From a virus: 64,000 nt of DNA. The notes beneath the pieces are model-generated. The model saw only the letters and a list, made by a program, of their open reading frames with translations, was not told where the DNA came from and searched no databases. Below, in pieces: positions 36,376-46,483 of the stretch. The stretch covers positions 1 to 64,000 of the IMG/VR virus record IMGVR_UViG_3300042450_002433; one strand, written 5' to 3'. Numbering within the stretch: position 1 is the stretch's first letter; each line of letters opens with the position of its first letter. The position numbers and the translations under genes were made by a program.

Positions 36376-36766
36376 TAAGTCCAATGGAGTCCTTGACGCA
36401 AACATCAAGCAACTGCTCCCTGCCATGGCTAGGGTGGAGTCGAGGGGTGACCCAAAGGCTATTGGGGACAGGGGCGATGCAATTGGACTATATCAGATTC
36501 ACCGCTCGTATTGGACAGATGCCGTTAACTATGACAAAACCCTCGGCGGGACATACAAAGACTGCTTCGATCCTGACTATGCCCGAAGAGTTGTCTGTGC
36601 CTACCTCCACCGATACGGAAGTAATAATTCAGATATTGAGCAACTTGCACGAATTCACAACGGCGGGTGTAACATCTTGAAGAAACAGAATAGCAAATTG
36701 AAATCTGAAATCAAGGCATGGAATAATACTACAAAGTATTGGAACAAAATCAAAAAGGAATTGTGA
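36308..36766 (+). CDS. lysozyme-like (i-type/destabilase/SLT) muramidase with N-terminal signal
   Basis: VESRG...AIGLYQIH..YW.DA...ARIHNGG. Confidence 0.8.
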   Translation: MLCQAAISTVILSMTLLFPLPNSKSNGVLDANIKQLLPAMARVESRGDPKAIGDRGDAIGLYQIHRSYWTDAVNYDKTLGGTYKDCFDPDYARRVVCAYLHRYGSNNSDIEQLARIHNGGCNILKKQNSKLKSEIKAWNNTTKYWNKIKKEL

Positions 36767-37041
36767 TGAAACAATTGCGGACTATTGGTAAATGGGTATC
36801 TGTTCAGACTAAAGGTCTTGGACAGCAAAAGAAAACTTCGGCAGGAATCATCTATACTGAAAAACTTAACAACCCAAACATTTGGAGTGTTGTTATTTGT
36901 GTCGGAGACAAAGTAACCGAAGACATCAAAGTCGGTGATAGAGTTCTGTGGGATCTTACAAAAAATGGTGGACGGGGATATGCTGCATGTGATATAGTGC
37001 ACCAAGACAACATTCTAGCCATAGAAAGAGATGAAACATGA
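36766..37041 (+). CDS. GroES/Cpn10-like co-chaperonin
   Basis: L..IGKWV.V...KKTSAGIIY...VVICVGD...IKVGDRVL...DNILA. Confidence 0.75.
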   Translation: MKQLRTIGKWVSVQTKGLGQQKKTSAGIIYTEKLNNPNIWSVVICVGDKVTEDIKVGDRVLWDLTKNGGRGYAACDIVHQDNILAIERDET

Positions 37042-37433
37042 GCAAGCCATTCGGATATTCGTATTACCTTGATATGTACAACTGTCGCATCGGTGCAGCC
37101 GATGACTTAGAACTTCACTACCGCTTTCTTGAGCGAGTAGTAGACAAGATCGGCATGACTCGTATGTCGCAACCCGTTGTCATGCACGGCCCAACTAAAA
37201 ATGGATCGGAGATTTATCCCGACAAGGCAGGGGTAAGTGGTTGGGTTCCACTCATTGAGAGTGGCATTCAGATTCACTCAATGGAACCTAAGCGATTCAT
37301 TACGCTTGATGTATACTCATGCAACAAGTTTGATAAGAACATCATTCTCGACTACGCACGAGAATGCTTTGGGTTCGAGCAACATGAAGAGAATTTCTTT
37401 ATTCGTGGAGTGGGATACGGGGATATTACATGA
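37038..37433 (+). CDS. speD: S-adenosylmethionine decarboxylase proenzyme
   Basis: GVSGWVPLIES (E-S pyruvoyl cleavage site), IHS, ITLDVYSC. Confidence 0.88.
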   Translation: MSKPFGYSYYLDMYNCRIGAADDLELHYRFLERVVDKIGMTRMSQPVVMHGPTKNGSEIYPDKAGVSGWVPLIESGIQIHSMEPKRFITLDVYSCNKFDKNIILDYARECFGFEQHEENFFIRGVGYGDIT

Positions 37434-38431
37434 GTGACTTTTCTCCCTTTGGGCGTAATATGTTTGGTGAGAACATTGAAGAGGAAACTCAATCAAAGGT
37501 TGCTCGTAAGTTTATTGTGCCCCCATTCACCATCCTGTCTGCACGGGATGGTTCTTGGCAGAAGAGGAAGAAGGCATGGCTCAAGCGAGGAATCAAAGGG
37601 GAACTTGGCAGGGGCGATAAACTTCTCTATGGTGACAAAGTAGACTCTATTGACTACTATCGTCAGAAGGAAGGGGAGGTGGTTGACTCCATCGAAAGCA
37701 ACACATCGGTATTTGATCCCGTGTTGTGTGAGTTGGCGTATCGGTGGTTCACCAAAGAAGGCGATCAGGTTGTCGATCCCTTTGCGGGTGGAATGGTTCG
37801 TGGTGTTGTTGCCTCTTATCTCAATCGAAGATATTGGGGTTGTGACTTAAGTCAACCACAAATTAAATCTAATCAGGAACAGGCTTCGCTACTAGAAGAA
37901 CTCAGTGCTCCGATTGTTTGGGTGAACGGAGATTCCGAGAGGGAATTGAAATTAAGCCCCGATTCTGATTTCATTTTTAGTTGTCCTCCCTATGGAGATC
38001 TCGAACAGTATTCAGAAGATCCACGCGATTTGTCTGCAATGAACAATGATTCATTCCTGACTGCATATAAGAATATCATTCGTCTTGCATGTGATCGTTT
38101 ACGAATGAATCGGTTTGCCTGTTTCGTGGTAGGAGATTACCGTTGCCCCAAGGGATTTTATCGAAACTTTGTTGGACAAACAGTAAGTGCATTCGAGGAT
38201 GCAGGAGTACGCTTCTACAATGAGGCTATCCTTGCTACTCCTGTTGCCTCTGCTGCGATGCGAGTAACACAACAGTTTGAAGCATCAAGAAAGTTTGCAA
38301 AAACTCATCAGAATGTTCTTGTGTTTTGCAAGGGTGATCCTAAACTAGCAACTCAAAGAATCTCACAGAAACACATTGAAGAATCGGTTGCTGAACATGC
38401 ACAATCAAGCCTGACGGATATTATGAAATGA
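37430..38431 (+). CDS. DNA amino-methyltransferase-like protein
   Basis: SVFDPVLCE; VDPFAGG (SAM-binding motif I); FSCPPY (motif IV variant). Confidence 0.85.
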   Translation: MSDFSPFGRNMFGENIEEETQSKVARKFIVPPFTILSARDGSWQKRKKAWLKRGIKGELGRGDKLLYGDKVDSIDYYRQKEGEVVDSIESNTSVFDPVLCELAYRWFTKEGDQVVDPFAGGMVRGVVASYLNRRYWGCDLSQPQIKSNQEQASLLEELSAPIVWVNGDSERELKLSPDSDFIFSCPPYGDLEQYSEDPRDLSAMNNDSFLTAYKNIIRLACDRLRMNRFACFVVGDYRCPKGFYRNFVGQTVSAFEDAGVRFYNEAILATPVASAAMRVTQQFEASRKFAKTHQNVLVFCKGDPKLATQRISQKHIEESVAEHAQSSLTDIMK

Positions 38432-39354
38432 GTAAGCGATCTGCCATCGATATCATTGAACGCGCTAAGAACTATGACAAAGATCATTGTTGGCAGTATG
38501 ACATTCGGGTCAACAACCTCCAAGAGGATATTGTCGAGAGTGGGATCGACCCTGAGCAGATCAACTCTATTAAAGTAACTGATATCTATTTTAAGCCTTT
38601 GACAGGATACCTAGAGCGGCAAGACGCTACGGAATTCATTCAGCGACATGAATGGCTAGGAAATCTGTCTCAGTACACAACACATTGGTTTGGTGCATTC
38701 TATCATGATCCCAATCAGGGGCTGATGGGCAGAGAAATCATGGTGGGAGTTATCCTTATGAATATGCCTAATGCATTTTCAAAATTGCTAGGAGATGATA
38801 CCCAAACCATTGAGCGACTTATCAGTCGCGGTGCTTGTATTTCATGGAGTCCAAAGAATCTTGCGAGTTCTTTTCTCATGTGGACAATCCAATGGATGGT
38901 AAAGAACACCCCATATAGATTGTTTACTGCCTACTCCGATCCAACTGCGAAGGAAATCGGTACCATCTATCAGGCTTGCAACTTCTATTACTTGGGCAAG
39001 AAGTCGGGAACAACTACTCGATATATCAATCCATACACGGGCAGAATTGTGTCTGACCGCTTCTTTAGAGTTCGCAGTGCATATAAGAAGTATGCCAAGG
39101 AACTTGGAATTGCATGGGACAAGAGTTGGAGTAATGATCAAAAAATGCTATGGGAAAATATGTCTCCTGTCATCGAACAGATGCTTCGAGACTTTAGCAA
39201 GAAAAAACAATCTCAATCAGTTCCAGTTGACTTTCCATCAAAACACAAGTATGCTTATGTACTTGGTGCTACCAAAGCAGAAACCAAAAAACTTCGGAAG
39301 AAGTTTGTAGAGAGAAACAAAACGCCCGAATATCCAAAGCAAAGAGGCACATGA
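38428..39354 (+). CDS. Mom-like GNAT DNA-modification protein
   Basis: LISRGAC...KNLASSFL...AYSDP...GTIYQACNFYYLG...KHKY. Confidence 0.75.
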   Translation: MSKRSAIDIIERAKNYDKDHCWQYDIRVNNLQEDIVESGIDPEQINSIKVTDIYFKPLTGYLERQDATEFIQRHEWLGNLSQYTTHWFGAFYHDPNQGLMGREIMVGVILMNMPNAFSKLLGDDTQTIERLISRGACISWSPKNLASSFLMWTIQWMVKNTPYRLFTAYSDPTAKEIGTIYQACNFYYLGKKSGTTTRYINPYTGRIVSDRFFRVRSAYKKYAKELGIAWDKSWSNDQKMLWENMSPVIEQMLRDFSKKKQSQSVPVDFPSKHKYAYVLGATKAETKKLRKKFVERNKTPEYPKQRGT

Positions 39355-41888
39355 CGCAGTTCTATACCAATGTGGTCACTAAGGGCGGGAGACTCATGCA
39401 CAGAGGCTATGACAAACATGGCAAACGAGTGCATGAGTCTCTTACCTTTCGCCCTACTCTTTTTGTTCCAACGAAAAAGGAAAAGACAACCTCTTGGTCT
39501 ACGATTGATGGGAAGAGAGTTGAGCCTATTGACTTTGAGAATATGTTTGAGGCGAGGGAATTCGTCAAGAAGTATTCCGATGTCGAAGGGTTTACTGTAT
39601 ATGGCGATATCGATGCACAGTATCAGTTCATTGCAGACACTTATGGAAGTGAAGGCGAACTTGAATACGACTCCTCGACTATTCGAGTCTTGTATATCGA
39701 CATTGAAGTAGAGACCGAGAATGGGTTTTCCACTCCTGATGATCCATGTGAGCGGGTCAATGCCATTACACTTTATCAGAACGGCAAGACACACACCTTT
39801 GGTCTTGGTCAGTTTAGTATTGAAGGTGTGCATTGCTATTGCCATACTGATGAGAAATCCATGCTCAGAGAATTCCTTGATGTATGGGAGATTCTCGATC
39901 CCGATATCATTACGGGGTGGAACATCAATATGTTTGATATGCCATACCTGTATCGCCGAATGGAAAGACTGATTGGAAGCAAAGCAGCAAAGCGACTATC
40001 TCCATGGGCAGAAGTGCGAGAGCGCAAGGTAGTTGTTATGAATCGCGAGAATTGGGTCTATGACTTCAGTGGAATTACTGTTCTTGACTACATCGATATG
40101 TACAAGAAATTCACCTTTGTCACTCGTGAGTCCTATGGCTTGCAGCATATTGCCATGGTAGAGTTGGGCGAGGGCAAGGCAAATTATGCCGATGTCGGAA
40201 CACTAAACGACTTGTACCACAAAGACTTTCAGAGGTTCATCGAATACAATATCAAAGATACGCTGTTGGTGTCGCAGTTGGAAGACAAGTTGCGACTGAT
40301 CGAACTCTCTCAGGCTCTTGCCTATAGCGCACGGGGTAATTTTGCTGATGTGTTTTCACAGGTACGAATGTGGGACAGCATCATATACAACTATCTTCGA
40401 ACCAAGCAAATTGCAATTCCCTCAAAAATCAATTCTAGTAAGTCGGATAAGTTCGAAGGGGCATATGTAAAAGATCCACAGGTTGGTGTGCATGAATGGG
40501 TAGTTTCTTTGGACTTGGATAGTCTATATCCCCATCTGATCATGCAGTACAACATCAGTCCCGAAACGCTTGTGTCTGAAAGAATTCCGAATATCTCTGT
40601 CGATAGCCTACTTCAGGTGGGAAGCGATCCTGCATTGGAAGGATTCCTGTCGATGGTCAAGAGTAAAAACCTTGCCGTTGCTGCCAATGGCACGATGTAT
40701 CGAAAAGACATTCGAGGGTTTCTTCCCGAACTGATGGATACCATGTATGCACAGCGGAAAGAGTACAAGAAGCGAATGCTTGATGCCAAGGGGTGGTTGA
40801 AGGTAAATATAAATGCAGATGCTGATATGGTCGAATTGAAGAAGAAGGAAGTATCAAAGTACCACAACTTCCAATTGGTTCGTAAGGTGCAATTGAATTC
40901 TGCCTTCGGTGCATTGGGCAATGAGTACTGTCGTTACTACAACCTGAGCATGGCAGAAGCAATTACGGTATCAGGACAGTTGTCCATTCGGTGGGCAGAA
41001 AACAATCTGAATCTCTTCTTGAACAAGGCATGTGGAACTGTCGGTGAAGACTGTGTGATTGCTTCGGATACCGATTCCGTATATCTTCGACTCAGTGGTC
41101 TAGTCACAAAGACCCTCGGCAAGAAGGGAACTAAGGAGACGATTGAATTCCTAGACAAAGCATGTAATGAAGTATTGCTGCCAAAGATCAACAAGTGGTA
41201 TTCTCAACTTGCATTGCGAATGAATGCATATGCAGACAAGATGTCGATGAAGCGAGAAGGAATTGCGGCAAAGGGAATATGGACTGCGAAGAAGCGGTAT
41301 ATGCTTTCGGTTCATCTTGGGGAAGAGAATGTCTACATGACCGATCCCGATCTTAAGATCATGGGAATCGAAACTGCTCGATCCTCAACCCCACAGATTG
41401 TTCGGATTCGCCTGAAGGAATCTATTCGACTGATCATGACCGAAGACGAAGGTGCAATGCGATCTTTCGTAGAGAAATTCTATGAGGAGTTTATGACATT
41501 GCCTGTGGCACAGATCGCATTCCCCCGTGGCTGCAATGGGATGGACAACTATACCGATGCCGCAAGGATCTATAAGAAGGCAACCCCAATTGCAGTTAAG
41601 GGTGCACTGATCTATAACCATGCAATCAAACAGAAGTCACTGACAAAGAAGTACCCAAAGATTCGCGATGGTGAAAAGGTAAAGTATGTATATCTTAAGG
41701 AACCAAATCCAATTCGCGACAGAGTTGTCTCGTTTGTTCTTGTCTTGCCTGAAGAATTCGGGTTGGATTCCTTCATCGACAGAGAGACACAATTCGATAA
41801 GGCATTCATCGAGCCACTCACCACCATTCTGAATTCTATCGGATGGAAAGTAAAAGAGCAAAGTTCGTTGGAGAGTTTGTTTTCATAA
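39351..41888 (+). CDS. 43: family B DNA polymerase
   Basis: Exonuclease DIEV and GWN..FD; DLDSLYP, K..LNS.FG.LG, SDTDS, KKRY. Confidence 0.98.
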   Translation: MTQFYTNVVTKGGRLMHRGYDKHGKRVHESLTFRPTLFVPTKKEKTTSWSTIDGKRVEPIDFENMFEAREFVKKYSDVEGFTVYGDIDAQYQFIADTYGSEGELEYDSSTIRVLYIDIEVETENGFSTPDDPCERVNAITLYQNGKTHTFGLGQFSIEGVHCYCHTDEKSMLREFLDVWEILDPDIITGWNINMFDMPYLYRRMERLIGSKAAKRLSPWAEVRERKVVVMNRENWVYDFSGITVLDYIDMYKKFTFVTRESYGLQHIAMVELGEGKANYADVGTLNDLYHKDFQRFIEYNIKDTLLVSQLEDKLRLIELSQALAYSARGNFADVFSQVRMWDSIIYNYLRTKQIAIPSKINSSKSDKFEGAYVKDPQVGVHEWVVSLDLDSLYPHLIMQYNISPETLVSERIPNISVDSLLQVGSDPALEGFLSMVKSKNLAVAANGTMYRKDIRGFLPELMDTMYAQRKEYKKRMLDAKGWLKVNINADADMVELKKKEVSKYHNFQLVRKVQLNSAFGALGNEYCRYYNLSMAEAITVSGQLSIRWAENNLNLFLNKACGTVGEDCVIASDTDSVYLRLSGLVTKTLGKKGTKETIEFLDKACNEVLLPKINKWYSQLALRMNAYADKMSMKREGIAAKGIWTAKKRYMLSVHLGEENVYMTDPDLKIMGIETARSSTPQIVRIRLKESIRLIMTEDEGAMRSFVEKFYEEFMTLPVAQIAFPRGCNGMDNYTDAARIYKKATPIAVKGALIYNHAIKQKSLTKKYPKIRDGEKVKYVYLKEPNPIRDRVVSFVLVLPEEFGLDSFIDRETQFDKAFIEPLTTILNSIGWKVKEQSSLESLFS

Positions 41889-41903
41889 CCTAAATATCGC
41901 AGT

Positions 41904-42677
41904 ATGACACAAGCATTCAAATCTTTCGAACCCAAAGAAACAGTGAAGTATCCACATGCACATCTTTGCTTCGATGATCACTCAATTTCTGCATGGTATT
42001 CTCTTCGCGATCTCTTTAAAAAGTATGGTGCAAAAGTTGTATTCTATGTTGACTCATTTCATTTACTATCAAATGATGAGTTGCAGATGCTGCGAGATCT
42101 TCGTTCAGACGGGCATGTAATCGGATGTCACGGCAAAAATCACAGAGATGCGATTGTATATTCTAGAAGATATAACATTGAAAAATATATCGATGACGAG
42201 GTTCTTCCTGCAATGGAAGACATGGCAGGAGCAGGGTTTAAACCAACTCATTTTGCATTTCCATATTCGCACTTTGATGACACTCTTTACTCTGCAATAA
42301 TCCCGATGTTTTGCTATGTGCGACCTGGGAATGAAAGCCATTTCTACCTAGGCAATCGAATGTACTTTAGTCCGAGCAGATTGGATAAGGATGAGAATCC
42401 ACGAGAACACCTAATTCGTGCAGGACAACTCAATAGAGTCCTACAAGGATTGCGAGAAACTGCTAAAGCACTTAAGGGCATCAGTATTATATTTCACGAT
42501 ATTCGACCAATAGATACTGCTGCACATACAGGCACACATGCTCATGGGCACATCACGCATGAAGAACTTGAACAGGTACTAAAGACTCTAAACGAAGCAG
42601 GATACACATACGAAACCTTTGAAACACTCTGCAAATATGGAGCAGATATATTTGACAAGCCTGATGGATTAGTGTAA
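41904..42677 (+). CDS. polysaccharide deacetylase (NodB/CE4)
   Basis: LCFDD, IGCHGKNH, FAFPY, IIFHD; late promoter 41890. Confidence 0.85.
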   Translation: MTQAFKSFEPKETVKYPHAHLCFDDHSISAWYSLRDLFKKYGAKVVFYVDSFHLLSNDELQMLRDLRSDGHVIGCHGKNHRDAIVYSRRYNIEKYIDDEVLPAMEDMAGAGFKPTHFAFPYSHFDDTLYSAIIPMFCYVRPGNESHFYLGNRMYFSPSRLDKDENPREHLIRAGQLNRVLQGLRETAKALKGISIIFHDIRPIDTAAHTGTHAHGHITHEELEQVLKTLNEAGYTYETFETLCKYGADIFDKPDGLV

Positions 42678-42710
42678 GATAAGCCAAATCAACCAAGTGA
42701 GGTATACATA

Positions 42711-43766
42711 ATGAATCTGAAAGATATTCTTAAAGCGTCTGGTAACATCTATGGTGGCATCGCATCCGATGGAATTGAAGGGAGCGACACCGAGTCTTAT
42801 ATCTCCACGGGAGCATATGCATTCAATGCTCTGTTGAGTGGATCGCTTTATGGCGGCATCCCAAACAACAAGATCGTGGCACTTGCAGGAGAACAAGCCA
42901 CAGGCAAGACATACTTTGCCATGAACATTGTGCGAGAGTTTCTTGCAAGCAATCCTAAAGCAATGGTGCTGTATTTCGATTCAGAGCAAGCAGTTACGAG
43001 TGATTTGCTCGAAAGTCGTGGCGTGGATGGTACGCGAGTGGCAGTACTGCCCGTTGCTACGGTAGAAGAGTTTCGCCAACAGTGCATCTCATCCGTAGAT
43101 AAGTATCTCGAAACTAATAAGGATGATCGTCCTCCTATGCTTGTTGTATTGGACTCATTGGGAATGTTAAGCACAACCAAAGAGATGACCGATACGGCGG
43201 CAGGGAAAGACACGCGAGACATGACACGGGCACAGGCAGTCAAGGCTACCTTCCGTGTGCTTACCATCAAGTTGGGACATGCCTGTGTTCCTCTCGTAAT
43301 GACCAACCACACTTATGATGTTGTGGGTTCGTATTTCCCAACAAAGGAAATGGGCGGTGGTGGTGGCTTGAAGTATGCCGCTTCCACAATCATCTACCTG
43401 AGCAAGAAGAAGGATAAGGTAGACAATGAAGTTGTAGGAAGTATTATTCACTGCAAGACATACAAGAGCCGTAAAACCAAGCAGGACAAGACCGTGGATG
43501 TACAGTTGAACTATGACACGGGATTGAATGAGTATTATGGGCTGCTCGACATTGCTATCAAGCACGGTATCTTTACCAAGGTCAGTACAAAGATTGATGT
43601 TGGAAGTGGGAAGACTGTGTTTGAGAATCAGATTCTTAAGAATCCTGAAAAGTTCTTTACCGCCGATGTTATGGTAAAACTTGAGGAGGCTGTGAAGAAG
43701 GAATTCTGTTATGGAAACGATATTGAAGAAGAGGCTTCAGAAGTAACTCCAACTGCGAAGGTATAA
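42711..43766 (+). CDS. uvsX: RecA-like recombinase
   Basis: AGEQATGKT, YFDSE, VLDSLG, DMTRAQ, TNHTY, MGGG.GLKYAAS. Confidence 0.96.
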   Translation: MNLKDILKASGNIYGGIASDGIEGSDTESYISTGAYAFNALLSGSLYGGIPNNKIVALAGEQATGKTYFAMNIVREFLASNPKAMVLYFDSEQAVTSDLLESRGVDGTRVAVLPVATVEEFRQQCISSVDKYLETNKDDRPPMLVVLDSLGMLSTTKEMTDTAAGKDTRDMTRAQAVKATFRVLTIKLGHACVPLVMTNHTYDVVGSYFPTKEMGGGGGLKYAASTIIYLSKKKDKVDNEVVGSIIHCKTYKSRKTKQDKTVDVQLNYDTGLNEYYGLLDIAIKHGIFTKVSTKIDVGSGKTVFENQILKNPEKFFTADVMVKLEEAVKKEFCYGNDIEEEASEVTPTAKV

Positions 43767-43767
43767 C

Positions 43768-44292
43768 ATGAGCGAAGAAGACAAGACAATGCTTTTTGAT
43801 GGATTTGAAAAGGCTTTCCTCGGCATCCTCCGTAGATGCGGTCAATCGATTCCTATTGCAATCTATGACTATGGTCGTTGCATGGACATTCTCATGGAGA
43901 GAGACGGCATGGAAGAGGACGAAGCAGTCGAGTGGATCGAACACAATTCTATTGGTGCATGGGTTGGCGATGGAACTCCTGCCATGCTCTTTCGATGTGG
44001 TCTGTCTGAATTGGCAGAGGAATGTGATTTGCCACTTTCGGAGAGTAATGAACGAGACTATGGAGACGAGGATCCCAATATCGACAATGATGACGATATG
44101 ACAGAGGAAGAGCAGGAACTCGTTGACGAAGCAATTCAAAATTTTGCACTCAACTTCATGAGATATGTTAAAGAAGTAGACACTTCCCTGTATAATCGTG
44201 CCAAACAATATGCCTCCGACTACTCGGGGAATGCAGTTGTTGAATTTGTGGATCTCGATGAAGGCGATTCCAAGAAGGAGACCGAAGAATGA
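43768..44292 (+). CDS. acidic conserved phage hypothetical protein
   Basis: DGFE.A.LG...IYDY..C...LM.RDGM..DEA.EW...N..GAWVG..TP. Confidence 0.7.
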   Translation: MSEEDKTMLFDGFEKAFLGILRRCGQSIPIAIYDYGRCMDILMERDGMEEDEAVEWIEHNSIGAWVGDGTPAMLFRCGLSELAEECDLPLSESNERDYGDEDPNIDNDDDMTEEEQELVDEAIQNFALNFMRYVKEVDTSLYNRAKQYASDYSGNAVVEFVDLDEGDSKKETEE

Positions 44293-45020
44293 GAATGGTT
44301 ATTAAATTCCCAACAAGAGGTAGACCACAAAAGTTTGTGGGAGTTCTTGACAAGTACATTAATTTTCTATCGGGAATGCATGATGTTCAATTCGTCATCT
44401 CATATGACTATGATGATCCGACAATGAACAATGAGAATATGTTTTCTCTCTTCAATCGATTGAACTCGCAACTAGATGGTCGAATTCATCCCATCTGTGG
44501 TAAGTCCACAGGAAAGATTTCAGCAATCAATGCCAATATGGACAAGGTTCGTGCATTGAACCCTGATGTCATTCTGCTTGCATCTGACGATATGATCCCC
44601 GTGTTGGGTGGCTATGATGAGATCATTGCCAACAATATGGCAAAGCATTTTCCCGACACAGACGGAGTTCTTCACTTCAATGACGGGTTTTCGGGACAAG
44701 ACAGACTCATTACCCTGTCTATCTTGGGACGAAGATACTTTGAACGATTTGGATACTTGTACTATCCAGGATACAAGTCTGTGTTCTGTGATAACGAATT
44801 CACCGATGTAGCAAGACTCCTAGGCAGAGTCACCTACATCGATCAAGTAATCATTCAGCACCAATGGGTAGGAGCAACCGCTCCCGATGCAGTCCATGCT
44901 CGGAATGAATCCCCCGAGATGTATGCATATGATCAGCCCATCTATAACGAGCGAAAAGCCCGTAACTTTGACCTGAAACACGAGGAGATTGTTAACCATG
45001 CCTTGGCGACCAACCCATAA
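44289..45020 (+). CDS. GT2/GT-A glycosyltransferase
   Basis: KFPTRGRP, GKI.AIN, LASDDM, FCDNEFT. Confidence 0.8.
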   Translation: MRMVIKFPTRGRPQKFVGVLDKYINFLSGMHDVQFVISYDYDDPTMNNENMFSLFNRLNSQLDGRIHPICGKSTGKISAINANMDKVRALNPDVILLASDDMIPVLGGYDEIIANNMAKHFPDTDGVLHFNDGFSGQDRLITLSILGRRYFERFGYLYYPGYKSVFCDNEFTDVARLLGRVTYIDQVIIQHQWVGATAPDAVHARNESPEMYAYDQPIYNERKARNFDLKHEEIVNHALATNP

Positions 45021-45594
45021 ACTATCCATTCTTATTCCAAGTCTGAATGAACGAAAGAACTCATTGGATGTTCTGAAAGCAGACATTGCAAAACAGGTCG
45101 GTAATCGTCAAGTAGAGATTCTATCTCTTTGCGATGATCGGCAGATGAGCATTGGACAGAAGCGAAATATGCTACTGCTACAGAGCATGGGCGAGTATGT
45201 TTCCTTTGTGGATGATGATGATACTGTGAGTCCTGACTATGTGGAAAAGATTATCAAAGCAGTATCGCGCAATCCCGACTGTGCCTCACTCACGGGCAGG
45301 ATTGTCTTCTCAGACGGCTACAGTCGCCCGTTCATCCATTCCTTGCGCTATGACCGTTGGATAGATGATCATGAAGGGAAGGTCTATTACCGCCCTCCCA
45401 ACCACCTGAATGCCGTCCGAAGAAGCATTGCCATGCAGGTGAAGTTCCCTGCTTTAAACAGTGGAGAGGATAGAGTCTTCTCCATGGGCATTCGTCCATT
45501 TCTGAAAACAGAAGAATGGATTGAGGGAGTGATATACAACTATGTTTGCCGCAAGACTTTTGAAGAAACCCACAACAACCAAGTAGTGAGATAA
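44998..45594 (+). CDS. GT2 glycosyltransferase
   Basis: LSILIPS, IGQKRN, FVDDDD, GED. Confidence 0.88.
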   Translation: MPWRPTHKLSILIPSLNERKNSLDVLKADIAKQVGNRQVEILSLCDDRQMSIGQKRNMLLLQSMGEYVSFVDDDDTVSPDYVEKIIKAVSRNPDCASLTGRIVFSDGYSRPFIHSLRYDRWIDDHEGKVYYRPPNHLNAVRRSIAMQVKFPALNSGEDRVFSMGIRPFLKTEEWIEGVIYNYVCRKTFEETHNNQVVR

Positions 45595-45600
45595 TCGACA

Positions 45601-46482
45601 ATGAAGAAGACAATACTGTTTTATAATGAATTGCACAATGGCGACATTCACATGTCAAGACCATATGTTATGGATATGATGCAGATTCTTGGGGACAATG
45701 ATTATTACTATTATCATAGAAACAATCCAAAAATTCTATCAGATATTGAGAACTTAAAAACCATTTCCGATTTAAATGTACTTCCAACATCTCCAGATCT
45801 AAAAATCAACGCATGGATAGGACAATTTTCATGGGATGACAAAGGAAACCATTGCTCCCCATTTTATGGATGTAATTTTCCATCTTACTATGAGGTAATG
45901 AAAAAGGTATATCGTGGTCTTGGTATTGCAGATAAAATCAAACCAATAACACACTATATTCCCACGATAAACTACAGCAAATATTCAATAGAAAATATTC
46001 AAAAATATTTCTCAAACAACACACAGAGACATGTCCTACTATGCAACAATAAAGTTGCTTCTTCACAAGCACCAAATGATCCTATGAATTCTATGATTGA
46101 GCAATTGGCATGTCGTTTTGCCGATATCACTTTCATAATTTCAAACAAAAACAATCTCGAAGAAATACTAAAAAAAGACAACATCGTTTATGCTCAAGAT
46201 ATCATTAAAGATCCAACCATAGACTTTGATATGAATGAGATATCGTATATTGGAACCAAATGCGATGTAATCGTTGGTAGGTCTTCAGGGCCTTATGTTT
46301 TTTCAATCACAAAAAATACGGCACACTCTAAACAATTTATTTGCTTTTGTAACAATGTTAATGATGCTTGGTGGTTTGAAAACAGTACAAACATATTACA
46401 CAGTAATGATCATTCCCACATGCTGGATATTATTACATCTGCCATTCAGAATCATCAGTTCTCTAAACCTGTGGAATATTGA
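45601..46482 (+). CDS. hypothetical protein, GT-B/GT9-like
   Basis: HNGDIH..R N-terminus and CDVIVGRSSGP C-terminal motif. Confidence 0.55.
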   Translation: MKKTILFYNELHNGDIHMSRPYVMDMMQILGDNDYYYYHRNNPKILSDIENLKTISDLNVLPTSPDLKINAWIGQFSWDDKGNHCSPFYGCNFPSYYEVMKKVYRGLGIADKIKPITHYIPTINYSKYSIENIQKYFSNNTQRHVLLCNNKVASSQAPNDPMNSMIEQLACRFADITFIISNKNNLEEILKKDNIVYAQDIIKDPTIDFDMNEISYIGTKCDVIVGRSSGPYVFSITKNTAHSKQFICFCNNVNDAWWFENSTNILHSNDHSHMLDIITSAIQNHQFSKPVEY

Positions 46483-46483
46483 T

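Noticed and set aside
39351-41888. Intein or intron in the polymerase (also checked helicase and UvsX)
   Set aside because: Lengths are typical and motifs contiguous; no splicing signatures were seen.
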